From Bacteroidaceae bacterium (lineage in GTDB: Bacteria > Spirochaetota > Spirochaetia > Treponematales > Treponemataceae), in assembly GCA_963594605.1 (NCBI GenBank), contig CAVBEH010000007.1:4535-68534 (forward strand): 64,000 bases of DNA. The letters run 5' to 3'. The notes below the pieces were generated by a model, which searched no databases, was not told the origin of the DNA, and was given only the letters and a program-made list of their open reading frames with translations. A program made the position numbers and the translations under genes. Below are positions 26,448 to 36,502 of this stretch, one piece after another; within the stretch, counting starts at the first letter, position 1; each line of letters begins with the position of its first letter.

Positions 26448-28322
26448 ATGGACAGTCAGATTGACAAAAATCTACCTGCAGTAACAGTATTCTCGCTCTA
26501 TGCGACCTCAATTTTTCCGTTCGTGATCGGTCCGGTTCTAATGATGATCGGCGGAATCCTGTCCGGCGCTGAGGTCGCGGCATCCCTGTCGGCACCGCTG
26601 AGCATCGTATCACACCTGATGGCGGTAATCGCACCGACGGTATTCATGATTATGATTAAAGGAAAGCTGAATTCCTATGACGGCAGCGAGGAGAGCGTCA
26701 GGTCCCTGAACGACTTCGTCACAAAGTCAAACAGAATTCTCCTGCTGTACAACATCGTACTGGCGTTCGTGGTCCCGCTCAGCATAGCTCAGGGAATCAG
26801 GTCAAACGGCATGGAATTCACCATGTTCAACGGAAATTCGCCGATTTTCTCGCTCACGATGATTTACGCCGGGCTGATAATGCTCTTCTCGATAAGTTTC
26901 TACACGCTCTACATATCATCGCTTGAGCACATGCTGTGGTGGCTTCCGTTCGACAAGAGGAACACGACGTCATCGAACACGGAGCGCTTCATCATCATGA
27001 CCACGGTCAACATAATCGGAAACGGAACGCTGACGCTCGGCGCGCTCTCCGTCCCCGGAATTTCGGTCGGCGACACCTACCACAACTTCCTGCCCACGCT
27101 CCTGATAATAATGGCCATAGCAATCTCCGCAATCGCCATAACGACAATCACGAACACGCTCGACCTCAAGAAGAACATAGATCCGATAAACGACGTGATT
27201 TACGGACTGGCGCACAGGGACTACACGTCCGAGCCGCTCAAAATCATAACCCGCAACGAGCTGGGGCTTCTCACGAACAACATAAACCGCTCGTTCAAGC
27301 TGATGAAGACCATGTTCTCGGAGCTTGCGGGCGGAGTGGAGAGCACGCTGACAGTCTCAAACAACCTCGTGAACAACATCCATGAGTCCACGGGCTCGCT
27401 CAAGGACATAAAGCAGACTATAAGCACGGTCAAGGACGAGATGAACAACCAGTCCGCGGGAGTCGAGGAGGCGAACGCCACCGCCGCGCAGATAATCGAC
27501 AGGATCAGAAACCTGAACCAGGAGATTGAGAACCAGTCGGCCGCCATCACCGAATCATCCGCCGCAATCGAGGAGATGGTCGCGAATGTAGCCAGCGTGT
27601 CGTCAATCCTTGAGAAGAACACGAACACGGTGAAGGATCTCAAGACCGCATCCGATGAGGGCCGCAACCGTGTCCAGAACGCCGTTGACATGGCGGAGCG
27701 CGTCCTCTCCCAGTCGGCGAGCCTGCTTGAGGCCAGCAAGTCGATCCAGACAATAGCAAGCCAGACAAGCCTTCTCGCCATGAACGCGGCGATTGAGTCC
27801 GCACATGCAGGCGAGGCCGGAAAAGGATTCGCCGTTGTCGCGGACGAGATAAGGAAGCTTGCGGAGCAGTCCGACAAGCAGTCAAAATCAATAGAGGTAA
27901 GCCTTAAATCCCTTTCCGAGGCGATCTCGACCGTATCGCAGAACACGAAGGAAGTTCAGCAGCAGTTCAACGTCATCTACGACCTCTCCGAGAAAGTCAA
28001 GGAGCAGGAGCTTGTCATCTCCAACGCGATGGCGGAGCAGACATCCGGAAACCAGCAGGTTCTTGACGGAATCCGCTCAATCAACAGTTCCACCACCACC
28101 GTCCGCGACGGAGCGCAGGAGATGATGCAGGGCGGCGAGCAGATTGTCGAGGAGATGCAGATTCTGAGCAAGACCACGCAGACCACAAACGACAACATGA
28201 ATTCGATAAAGCAGGTGGTGAACCAGATAGCTGACCTGATGACGACCACGACCGCACACGTCGAGGACAACAGCTCAAACGTCGGAAAACTCCACGACGA
28301 GATGAGCCAGTTCAAATTCTGA
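26448..28322 (+). CDS. Methyl-accepting chemotaxis protein, paralogue of 6185-8080 (polytopic sensor)
   Basis: Same architecture and the same signalling core ([34 protein letters not shown]). Shares the LEHxxxWLPxDK loop motif with the first MCP. The start codon (26448 vs 26400) is uncertain. Confidence 0.9.
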   Translation: MDSQIDKNLPAVTVFSLYATSIFPFVIGPVLMMIGGILSGAEVAASLSAPLSIVSHLMAVIAPTVFMIMIKGKLNSYDGSEESVRSLNDFVTKSNRILLLYNIVLAFVVPLSIAQGIRSNGMEFTMFNGNSPIFSLTMIYAGLIMLFSISFYTLYISSLEHMLWWLPFDKRNTTSSNTERFIIMTTVNIIGNGTLTLGALSVPGISVGDTYHNFLPTLLIIMAIAISAIAITTITNTLDLKKNIDPINDVIYGLAHRDYTSEPLKIITRNELGLLTNNINRSFKLMKTMFSELAGGVESTLTVSNNLVNNIHESTGSLKDIKQTISTVKDEMNNQSAGVEEANATAAQIIDRIRNLNQEIENQSAAITESSAAIEEMVANVASVSSILEKNTNTVKDLKTASDEGRNRVQNAVDMAERVLSQSASLLEASKSIQTIASQTSLLAMNAAIESAHAGEAGKGFAVVADEIRKLAEQSDKQSKSIEVSLKSLSEAISTVSQNTKEVQQQFNVIYDLSEKVKEQELVISNAMAEQTSGNQQVLDGIRSINSSTTTVRDGAQEMMQGGEQIVEEMQILSKTTQTTNDNMNSIKQVVNQIADLMTTTTAHVEDNSSNVGKLHDEMSQFKF

Positions 28323-28340
28323 CGGTCTCCGCTGAATTAA

Positions 28341-28390
28341 AAAGGCTGCCCCATGAAGTTTGCCTGAAACTTCCGGGGCAGCCTTTTTTA
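28341..28390. terminator. Bidirectional intrinsic terminator (MCP / glycosyltransferase convergent pair)
   Basis: AAAA-GGCTGCCCC (28345-28353) pairs with GGGGCAGCC (28376-28384), followed by TTTTTT. An inner GAAGTTT/AAACTTC stem is also present. Confidence 0.8.
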
Positions 28391-28415
28391 ATGTCTTCAG
28401 ATATTGCCGGTCATG

Positions 28416-29537
28416 TCATTTTATGGCGGAGACAGTCTCTGCGACAGCGTCCAGAGTGATCCTGACGGTTTTCTCCCAGCTGAATTCCGCGGCGCGCTCA
28501 AGCCCCGCCGAAACCATACGCTCACGCAGCACGGAATCTGTCACCACCTTCTCCATGCACTCCGCCATCTCCTCAACATTGTCCGAATCAAAATAAAGCG
28601 GCACATCACCTCCGATTTCAGGAAGCGCGCCGGAAGACGAACAGATGACGGGAATTCCGCAGGCCATGGACTCAAGAACAGGAAGTCCTACGCCCTCATT
28701 GACGGAGGGGAACACGCACGCATCCGCTCCCGCATACAGCTGAGGAAAACTCTCATGCGGAAAATAACCCGTAAGGAAAATATCGCTCGCAGCCGGAGAC
28801 TCGAACGCCGCGCGGTGCACTGACTCTGTATACGCACCGCCGCTTCCCGACAGCACAAGCCTGTGAGGAAGTCCGGTCCGTCTCTTGAACAGGGAGAATG
28901 CCTTTATCAGCTCAAGATGTTTTTTTTCAGGACCGGCAAGCCTTGAGCCGTAGATGAAATACGGCCGCTTTATGGCGAACGGCTTTATCTCCACGACATC
29001 CGTATCAGCCTCCATGGAGGGATAGAACAGCTTGTGATCTATCCCGTTGTGAATCACCGAAATCCTGTTTCCGTCAATTCCCAGGGAGACAAGGTCATTC
29101 TTTATGAATTCCGAGGCGGCTATTATCTTCTCCGCCTTCACAAGTCCCCTTCTGAGCTGAAAACGGTACATCCTGTCATGCCATGCCTGAGATGACGATA
29201 TTATGCTGTTCGCAATCACGATTCCAGGACGCCTGAACGACACCGGCACGACTTTCTCCGCCGCCGGATAAAGCACGGCGTCATAACCGTTCCTGACCGT
29301 AAATTTCCCCGCTCCGAAAAGATGCCAAAGACGCTCCGCCTCAAGGCTGTCGGGAACATTTGCGGAGACAAAAGGAATATCCCTGTCTCCGGAATAAGTG
29401 TATCTGTCAATCTCCGATCCGAACAGACCGAACGAGAATTCCCTGTCATCCGGAATGTTGGCAATAAAATTCAATATATATGCGCCCAGTCCGGACCGCG
29501 CATGGTCGCAGCCGAATGTGTCGATTCCGATTTTCAT
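28416..29537 (-). CDS. Glycosyltransferase family 4 (GT-B, group 1)
   Basis: MKIGIDTFG is the N-terminus. The C-terminal region FPSVNEGVGLPVLESMACGIPVI is an EX7E-type motif. ATG 29537 is preferred over TTG 29543. Confidence 0.85.
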   Translation of the reverse strand: MKIGIDTFGCDHARSGLGAYILNFIANIPDDREFSFGLFGSEIDRYTYSGDRDIPFVSANVPDSLEAERLWHLFGAGKFTVRNGYDAVLYPAAEKVVPVSFRRPGIVIANSIISSSQAWHDRMYRFQLRRGLVKAEKIIAASEFIKNDLVSLGIDGNRISVIHNGIDHKLFYPSMEADTDVVEIKPFAIKRPYFIYGSRLAGPEKKHLELIKAFSLFKRRTGLPHRLVLSGSGGAYTESVHRAAFESPAASDIFLTGYFPHESFPQLYAGADACVFPSVNEGVGLPVLESMACGIPVICSSSGALPEIGGDVPLYFDSDNVEEMAECMEKVVTDSVLRERMVSAGLERAAEFSWEKTVRITLDAVAETVSAIK

Positions 29538-29544
29538 GCGCAAA

Positions 29545-29553
29545 ATTATAGCA
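29545..29553 (-). promoter_or_regulatory. extended -10 promoter of the glycosyltransferase gene, leaderless geometry
   Basis: Minus strand reads TGcTATAAT (29553-29545), 7 nt, ATG 29537. No SD. Confidence 0.5.
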
Positions 29554-29568
29554 GATTTATGCGCCGTG

Positions 29569-29577
29569 TGCTATACT
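29569..29577 (+). promoter_or_regulatory. extended -10 promoter of the DEAD-box helicase gene, near-leaderless geometry
   Basis: TGcTATACT (29569-29577), 9 nt, ATG 29587. No SD. Confidence 0.4.
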
Positions 29578-29586
29578 GAGCCGGTT

Positions 29587-30717
29587 ATGGAACAGACCGA
29601 CATTTTCTCACTTCTTCCGGAGCAGACACAGGCAAAAATTGCGGCGCTCGGAATAAAGGAACCCACGGCAGTGCAGCGCAGGGTTTTCCCGCTGATAGAC
29701 GGAGGTGCAGACATCCTGTTCCAGTCCGAGACGGGAACAGGAAAAACATTCGCATATATGCTTCCGCTTGCCGGAAAACTTGAGAGGGACGATGACAAGA
29801 CATCCGTAAAAATTCTCATAGCCGCACCTACATTTGAGCTTGCATCCCAGATAAATTCCGCGGCCAAGCAGGTTTCCGGACGCAGGACAGCGCTTTTTAT
29901 AGGAGGAGCGCCGATACGCCGGCAGATAGAAGTTCTCAAGGAGAAGCCGCAGATTGTCATCGGGACACCGGCAAGGCTTGTGGAACTTGCCCACCTGAAA
30001 AAACTCAAACTGCCGGAACTGAGCGCCGTCGTGCTTGATGAGGCGGACAGGCTCGTGCGCCGTGAATCCGCGGACGACACGAGGGAGCTTCTGCGGTTGA
30101 CCGGAAACGCGCAGAAGATAGCATGTTCAGCCACAATAACCGCACAGACAAGGAAATTCTTTCCCGGAGCGGAGACGGTAATAATGCCACCGGAGAATGT
30201 GCTTGCAGGAAACATAACTCACTGGGCATTCTTTTCGGAGCGAAGGGATAAAATCGACACGCTCCGCAGATTCATCGCGGCGGAAAATCCGACGAAACTC
30301 CTCGTGTTCACGTCACGCCCCGATCAGGTCGAGAACATAAGATCAAAACTCGCGTTCAGAAAAATCCGGTGCGACGCGCTCCACTCAAAATCAGCAAGCC
30401 AGGAAAGGAAGACCACCATGGACAGATTCCGCAGCGGAAAGACGCAAATACTGATAACAAGCGATCTTGCGGCTCGCGGACTTGATATTCCCGGCATAAC
30501 GCACATCGTGCAGATGGATCTTCCCGATGACGAGGATTTTTTTGTCCACAGAAGCGGACGGACGGCAAGAGCGGGGGCGACGGGCATAAACGCCGTAATA
30601 GGAGACGAATTCGAGCTCAGAAGACTGGCCGCCCTGGAGAAAAAGCTCGGAATAAAAATATATCCCAAGCAGATTTTCCGGGGAGAAGTCACGGCTCCGC
30701 AGCAGATTAATGACTGA
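29587..30717 (+). CDS. DEAD/DEAH-box RNA helicase
   Basis: Q-motif region PTAVQRRVFP, motif I SETGTGKT, motif II LDEADR, then SAT, HRSGRTARAG. The ORF-track start at 29398 overlaps the divergent gene. Confidence 0.9.
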   Translation: MEQTDIFSLLPEQTQAKIAALGIKEPTAVQRRVFPLIDGGADILFQSETGTGKTFAYMLPLAGKLERDDDKTSVKILIAAPTFELASQINSAAKQVSGRRTALFIGGAPIRRQIEVLKEKPQIVIGTPARLVELAHLKKLKLPELSAVVLDEADRLVRRESADDTRELLRLTGNAQKIACSATITAQTRKFFPGAETVIMPPENVLAGNITHWAFFSERRDKIDTLRRFIAAENPTKLLVFTSRPDQVENIRSKLAFRKIRCDALHSKSASQERKTTMDRFRSGKTQILITSDLAARGLDIPGITHIVQMDLPDDEDFFVHRSGRTARAGATGINAVIGDEFELRRLAALEKKLGIKIYPKQIFRGEVTAPQQIND

Positions 30718-30749
30718 CGGCCGCCGCCTGCCCCGGATTCATTTTGACG

Positions 30750-30778
30750 TTGATATGACAGGGACAAATCACTATAAT
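30750..30778 (+). promoter_or_regulatory. candidate sigma70 promoter of smc
   Basis: TTGATA (30750-30755), 17 nt, TATAAT (30773-30778). A 35-nt leader runs to GTG 30814. Confidence 0.45.
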
Positions 30779-30813
30779 AGTACAGATTATTTATTTGATG
30801 AAACGAGGGTTCT

Positions 30814-33756
30814 GTGTTCTTAAAATGTCTTGACATTTACGGTTTCAAATCATTCGCAGACCGTACCCATATTGATTTTTCAGAAGGAATCACCGCGCTT
30901 CTCGGACCGAACGGCTGCGGAAAAAGCAATGTAGTTGACGCAATAAAATGGGTTCTTGCGGAGAACAAGTCAAAGAATCTGCGCGCCGCAAAAATGGAGG
31001 ACGTCATATTCGGAGGAACGGAACGGCGTCCCGCTATGAACACCGCTGAAGTCACGCTTACCCTCAGCAACGACAACGGACTTCTTCCCCTGGACGAGTC
31101 GGAAATCGCGATAAAGAGAAGACTCTACCGTTCAGGCGATCAGGAATATTTCATCAACAACCGCCATGCCGGACCGTCCGAAATCCGAAGGCTCTTCCTT
31201 GACACCGGTGTCGGAAAAGCAGCCTACTCGATAATGGAACAGGGAAAAATAGACCTGATTCTGTCGAACAAACCGGAGGAGCGCCGTTATCTGTTCGAGG
31301 AGGCGGCGGGCATAAGCCGGAGCAAGGCGGAATGCGCGGAGGCGGAACGCGAGCTTGAGCGGACACGCATAAACATGCAGCAGATAGAGATCGCGCTCAC
31401 CGAAATAAAGCGGCAGTATGACACGCTTAAAGTCCAGTCGGAAAAGACGATAAAATACAGGAAATTCAAGGACGAAATATACGAATGTGAGCTGGATCTG
31501 ACACTGCTCAGACTGAAATCCTTTGTGCAGGACAAATCGCGGCACGAGGAGGACCTGAAGAATGTGCAGGAGAAGCGCGACAGGGTCCGCCGTGAGATTG
31601 AGGAGATCAACAACACGATTTCGGAGAATATGGACAAGGTCAAGTCCATGCAGGATGAGCTTTATTCCAAGCAGGCGGAACTTCTCGGAATCGGAAAAGA
31701 AAAGAACGGGAAACTTGACCTTGTAAAGCAGTTCAACACACGCGCAGCCGAGCTGAAGGAGAAAATCAGCAGCCTTGAAATCAGAAAAACCGCGGTTCAG
31801 GAAAGGATGGACACGCTCCAGGAGGAGATTGACGAACAGAAGGCGGCTCTTCATGCGAAGACAAAGCAGCTTGATGACGTGACGGCCAACATCGCCTCAT
31901 TCGAGGAGAACATCAGAACCGCAGGCTCCAGAATAACCGACAACGAGAGGAATGCGGCGGAATACAGGAGCAGAATATCGGAGCTGTCAGAAAATTACGA
32001 GCGGATGCAGAAGGAGCTTGCGGAAATAACAGAGGACATAGCGGCAAAACTCGACAGCAGGCTTAGAGACGCGGGATTCTCCGAAAGCGCAATGAGAACA
32101 GCAAAGGAGAATCTGGACACGACAATCGGAAAGCTCCGGGTTTTTGTGGACGGACGCAGGAACATATTCTCCGACTTTGCCGGAAAAACATCCCCCTCGC
32201 TGCAGGATGCGGTCGCGGCCGTAAAGGAGGCTTCCGAGGCATTCGCAAGGACAGCGGAATATATAGAAAAACTTGAAAGCGACATCTCCTCATACATAGA
32301 ATCATCACCTTCATTTCTGACGGAATTCCTCTCGCCCGAAGGAATCATGACCCGAAAGAGGGCGATTGACGCCAAGCTTGAGGAAAACAGGAAAACGGTT
32401 GACGGAATAAATTCAGAAATAGAGAGGCTGTCCTCCGAAAATTCCGGACTGACGGAGAAAATTTCCGAATACAGGGAGACGCTCGGCAGGCTGAAGATAA
32501 ATCAGGTCAAGATGCAGGAGCAGATTTCGGCGGCAAGACAGCAGACCGTGACACTTGAGCGGACACTCACATCCGAACAGAATTCTCTCCGCGATATTGA
32601 GGACGAGCTTTACAGCGAATCAAAACGTGCGGACGAGCTGAATGACAGCATAATAGCGGTTCAGGATGAACTTGCAGAAATAGAATACCGCGGAAAGAAA
32701 CTTGCCGACGAGCTGAACAGACTCGACGGAGAGATTGCGGAATGCAACAAGAGCGTGTCTGGAAAAAGCGACGCGCTGTCACGCAGACAGGACGAACAGC
32801 GCAGATACCAGGAGCAGTACGAAAGACTCACGCTCTCGCTAAATTCCGCGGACAACGACATAAAGAACATAAAGCAGAATTTCCAGGACCAGTATTCCAG
32901 GGATCTGATGGAATTCGAGGAGCGGATGTACAAAATCACCCATCAGGCCGCGGATCTCAGGGAAGAGCTGGCCGCTGCAAAAGAGAATTTCAGGCAGCTT
33001 GGCTCGGTGAACCTCATGGCTCCTGAGGAATTCCAGGAAGTGAAGGAACGTTACGAGCGCCAGAAGGTGAACTACGAGGATACGGAGAAGAGCCTACAGA
33101 ATCTGCTGCGTGTATCCGAAGAAATCAAGGCGAAGTCATCAGACATGTTCCTTGAGACATACAACCAGATAAAGAAGAATTTCCACAATATGTTCAGAAG
33201 GCTTTTCAACGGCGGCCGGGCCGAGCTGAAACTCGTGGATCCCAAGAACATTCTGACAAGCGGAATCGACATTCTGGCGCAGCCTCCGGGAAAGAAGCTT
33301 GAGAGCATCGCGCTGCTTTCGGGAGGAGAAAAGACGATGACGGCCGTGGCGCTTCTGTTCGCCACATATCAGGTGCGTCCGTCCCCGTTCTGCCTGCTTG
33401 ACGAGATAGACGCTGCCCTTGACGACAAGAACGTCTCAAGTTTTGTGACCACGCTGGAGTCATTCGCAAACGTCAGCCAGTATATTGTGATAACCCACAA
33501 CAAGAAGACCGTAATGGGCGCGGGAACTATGCTTGGAGTCACCATGGAGGAATCCGGAGTCAGCAAGATAATAGCGCTCAGACTGGACAGGGACATAAAG
33601 CTTGGGGCTGCGGTTGACCGCGGAACCGATGAATTCAAGGAGGAGGATGTACCGCCTGAGGAAGGCGTGTATGTTCCGCCCCGGCCACCCAAGAGGATTC
33701 ACAATCCCGACGGAACAGTTACGGATCCCGTGGCGGAAAACGGCGGTAACAGCTGA
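30814..33756 (+). CDS. smc: Chromosome segregation protein SMC
   Basis: FLKCLDIYGFKSFADRT...GPNGCGKSNVVDA is the Walker A head. Long coiled coils follow, then LSGGEKTMTAVALLFA and CLLDEIDAALD. 980 aa, GTG start. Confidence 0.95.
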   Translation: MFLKCLDIYGFKSFADRTHIDFSEGITALLGPNGCGKSNVVDAIKWVLAENKSKNLRAAKMEDVIFGGTERRPAMNTAEVTLTLSNDNGLLPLDESEIAIKRRLYRSGDQEYFINNRHAGPSEIRRLFLDTGVGKAAYSIMEQGKIDLILSNKPEERRYLFEEAAGISRSKAECAEAERELERTRINMQQIEIALTEIKRQYDTLKVQSEKTIKYRKFKDEIYECELDLTLLRLKSFVQDKSRHEEDLKNVQEKRDRVRREIEEINNTISENMDKVKSMQDELYSKQAELLGIGKEKNGKLDLVKQFNTRAAELKEKISSLEIRKTAVQERMDTLQEEIDEQKAALHAKTKQLDDVTANIASFEENIRTAGSRITDNERNAAEYRSRISELSENYERMQKELAEITEDIAAKLDSRLRDAGFSESAMRTAKENLDTTIGKLRVFVDGRRNIFSDFAGKTSPSLQDAVAAVKEASEAFARTAEYIEKLESDISSYIESSPSFLTEFLSPEGIMTRKRAIDAKLEENRKTVDGINSEIERLSSENSGLTEKISEYRETLGRLKINQVKMQEQISAARQQTVTLERTLTSEQNSLRDIEDELYSESKRADELNDSIIAVQDELAEIEYRGKKLADELNRLDGEIAECNKSVSGKSDALSRRQDEQRRYQEQYERLTLSLNSADNDIKNIKQNFQDQYSRDLMEFEERMYKITHQAADLREELAAAKENFRQLGSVNLMAPEEFQEVKERYERQKVNYEDTEKSLQNLLRVSEEIKAKSSDMFLETYNQIKKNFHNMFRRLFNGGRAELKLVDPKNILTSGIDILAQPPGKKLESIALLSGGEKTMTAVALLFATYQVRPSPFCLLDEIDAALDDKNVSSFVTTLESFANVSQYIVITHNKKTVMGAGTMLGVTMEESGVSKIIALRLDRDIKLGAAVDRGTDEFKEEDVPPEEGVYVPPRPPKRIHNPDGTVTDPVAENGGNS

Positions 33757-33758
33757 AA

Positions 33759-34148
33759 ATGATGGATTTCAATAAATTCAGGAACAAAGCGGCAAAAAAG
33801 GCGGAGTCCATTTTTGAGGCCGCCGTGACATTCGTACAGGAACACATGAAGCTCTCCCTTGCCGTGGCCGCGCTCTGCGTGGCGGTGCTCGTGCTTATCA
33901 TAATTCTGTCGGACAGACCTTCCTCCAAAACGGAACCGGAACAAAGGCCGCCGGTTGTGACGGAGCAGCTGGTTCCGCCTGACGGCCCGGAAATTCCCGG
34001 AGGCTACACAATAATCCGTCAGAAAAAGGACAGCTGGACGGAAGAGGAGACCTCATCATGGTTCACGGCTCCGTCCGAAAAGGAAATCGATTCGCTTGGC
34101 AGGACAAATGACAACATCATATCAGGAATAACAGGAGCCGCGCCGTGA
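33759..34148 (+). CDS. Small single-pass membrane protein, hypothetical
   Basis: 129 aa with one TM helix (LSLAVAALCVAVLVLIIIL). Starts 3 nt after the smc stop, and its stop overlaps the next start (GTGA). Confidence 0.5.
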   Translation: MMDFNKFRNKAAKKAESIFEAAVTFVQEHMKLSLAVAALCVAVLVLIIILSDRPSSKTEPEQRPPVVTEQLVPPDGPEIPGGYTIIRQKKDSWTEEETSSWFTAPSEKEIDSLGRTNDNIISGITGAAP

Positions 34149-35692
34149 GAAAGAACGTCATATTTGCCATAACCGCACTGACCGCCATTCTGTTCTCCTG
34201 CGCATCATCACCGGAAGTAAGTCCGTCCCGGATTCCGCAGGAACAGCAGGAGGAACATACAGCCCCGGTACCGCCGGAACCGGAAAATTCTGTCCTGCCG
34301 GAAACCCATGAGGATACAGTCCAGAATGGACAGCCGGATTCCGAAGAAACCGTTCCTGCGGAGGAAAGCGGATCCGTACCCGAACCTGACAAAATCACCG
34401 AACCTCAGGTGACCGATCTTCCGCCTCCCGATGAGACAGTCCCTGCACAGCCGGAAGAAAAAACACCGGAGCAGGAAATCCGTACAGAGCCGGTAGATGA
34501 GCCGGAACTGCCCGATCTGCCGCAGGAAGAACTCAATCCGCAGACGGAAGCAGAAGTGTACCCGGTTGCAGATGATGACATTCAGCCTCCGGACACGAAC
34601 TCTGACACGGAAATCACACAGCCGGATGATGGAAGCCGGGACGGAACTGATGAGGAGGATGTCATATCCGTGGATGATGACGCGGAATCATCCGATGTGC
34701 AGGAGCCGGTTCCGGCCAGGGAAACTCCAGATGAGACGACTGACATTATTACTGCGGATTCTGCGGAAGAGCCACCCATGCCGTCCCGCAGCGTAAGCTT
34801 AAATCCCGGAGAGTATCTTGACATCGACTACCCGGGCTCCGGATGGGTTTATCTCGGAAGCACGGACGGTTCAAAAGGACTGACGTACTTCGGAAGAAAA
34901 CTCGGAACATCGGGAACGACATTCACCCTGCTTGCCGCGAAAGAAGGAACCAGTCTTCTGCATTTCTACAGGACCGACGTCATCACCGGCAGATACATAG
35001 ACGATTACATAGAGGTATCTGTAGGCAAGGAGCGGACAAAAAAGCCCGGCAACAGGATAAAGGCTCCTTCCTATGCGGATGCAGTACCGGAAAAACCGGA
35101 TATGGCTACGTCCGACGGCACGGATTCAGCGCCGGAGGAACAGCCCCCGAGTACCGGAGAAAAAACGCCGGTCATTGAGGAGAACATATCTCCGGTACAG
35201 GACAAAGCCACCGCCGGAAAAAGCACGGAGACACCAGGTTCCACAGGAACTGATGCACCGGAGACCTCACGGCCTGATACGGAATCCGGACGGGAGTACA
35301 TTACTGAACCGGACATCAGCCGGAGCGGTGAAAAAGTCTCCGCGGAAGATGCCGGACAGCCGGAATTCCGGAATGACGTTTCCACGGACAACTCACCGGA
35401 CTCGGAATCCGGCCTTGACATGCTTGAAAACGCTAAGAAACTTTATGCGGCCGGTGACTATGCCGGAGCAAAAAATGAGGTCAGCCGTTTTCTTGCGTCC
35501 TCAGCCGAAAGACGAGACGAGGCTCTGTTCCTGCTTGGACAGACGCTTGAGGCAAAATCCGAAATTCAGGACATAAAGGGCGCAGTAGACGCATACAGGA
35601 CTCTTGCGGACGGCTTTCCGTCAAGCAGTCTCAGGACCGAGGCGTCAAGAAGGCTTGTCTACCTTTCAAGGTTCTACCTTGAGGCGCGTTAG
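34145..35692 (+). CDS. Lipoprotein with a long acidic Pro/Glu/Thr-rich region and a C-terminal TPR-like (YbgF-like) module
   Basis: Lipobox ILFSCASS. About 330 aa of low-complexity acidic sequence. The C-terminus LENAKKLYAAGDYAGAKNEVSRFL...EALFLLGQTL is TPR-like. Confidence 0.6.
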   Translation: MRKNVIFAITALTAILFSCASSPEVSPSRIPQEQQEEHTAPVPPEPENSVLPETHEDTVQNGQPDSEETVPAEESGSVPEPDKITEPQVTDLPPPDETVPAQPEEKTPEQEIRTEPVDEPELPDLPQEELNPQTEAEVYPVADDDIQPPDTNSDTEITQPDDGSRDGTDEEDVISVDDDAESSDVQEPVPARETPDETTDIITADSAEEPPMPSRSVSLNPGEYLDIDYPGSGWVYLGSTDGSKGLTYFGRKLGTSGTTFTLLAAKEGTSLLHFYRTDVITGRYIDDYIEVSVGKERTKKPGNRIKAPSYADAVPEKPDMATSDGTDSAPEEQPPSTGEKTPVIEENISPVQDKATAGKSTETPGSTGTDAPETSRPDTESGREYITEPDISRSGEKVSAEDAGQPEFRNDVSTDNSPDSESGLDMLENAKKLYAAGDYAGAKNEVSRFLASSAERRDEALFLLGQTLEAKSEIQDIKGAVDAYRTLADGFPSSSLRTEASRRLVYLSRFYLEAR

Positions 35693-35730
35693 GAAATTCT
35701 ATCGGACAAAAGATAATTTTGGAGGATTTT

Positions 35731-36438
35731 ATGGGATATTTAGGAAAGATTGCGGCTGTCACGCTGTCCGCCGCAGTTCTTGCATCATGTACGGTGAACA
35801 AGCCGGCCGAGCCTGAAAGGACCATCACCGTGTCCGGAACGGGAAGCGTCTCCGTAAAACCGGATCAGACATCGCTGATGTTCTCCGTCAGGACAACGGA
35901 ATGGAACGTGAACACCGCCGCAGAGAGAAATGCGTCCATAACGGAAAAGGTTCTTGCCGCGGTAAAGGAAGCGGGAATCGACGCTTCGGATCTTGCCACA
36001 TACGACTACAGAATCACACAGGACACTTACCGCGAGAACGGACGTGACTGGCCGGGCCGTTACACCGTCGCGAATTCCGTCTCGGTGCTGATAAGAAATC
36101 CGGAGATAACGGGAAAGGTGATAGACGTTGCCGTCAAGAACGGAGCGAACTGCCTCACGCTGTCGTCATTCGACTACTCGCTTTCGGACACGACAAGCGT
36201 AATGAGACAGGCCCGGACTCTTGCGGTTCAGAACGCACAGGATGCGGCCGCCCTTATCGCAGGCGCAAGCGGATGCAAGATCGGAACTGTCATGGACATA
36301 AGGGAAACCGGAACATCATCCGTGGCCGATGCCAGAGTCTACAAATCAGCGGCATACAGCAACTCGCCGGTCACACCGATCGAGGCAGGAACCGTATCCG
36401 TATCCTCATACGTGACAGTGACATATTCGCTCCAATAG
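35731..36438 (+). CDS. SIMPL (DUF541) domain lipoprotein
   Basis: Lipobox VLASCTV. ITVSGTGSVSVKPDQ ... TYDYRI ... PIEAGTVSVSSYVTVTY is typical of SIMPL/26-kDa periplasmic immunogenic proteins. GGAGG lies 5 nt before ATG 35731. Confidence 0.8.
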   Translation: MGYLGKIAAVTLSAAVLASCTVNKPAEPERTITVSGTGSVSVKPDQTSLMFSVRTTEWNVNTAAERNASITEKVLAAVKEAGIDASDLATYDYRITQDTYRENGRDWPGRYTVANSVSVLIRNPEITGKVIDVAVKNGANCLTLSSFDYSLSDTTSVMRQARTLAVQNAQDAAALIAGASGCKIGTVMDIRETGTSSVADARVYKSAAYSNSPVTPIEAGTVSVSSYVTVTYSLQ

Positions 36439-36502
36439 CGGAGAATTCTACGGCACATAAAGGAAATCAACATTTTCTTATTGGTTTTTATTTGGAGATA
36501 AA

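Noticed and set aside
34145-35692. Possible tandem DNA repeats in the acidic Pro/Glu-rich lipoprotein gene
   Set aside because: I could not find an exact or periodic nucleotide repeat unit. The bias is compositional (low complexity) rather than a repeat array.
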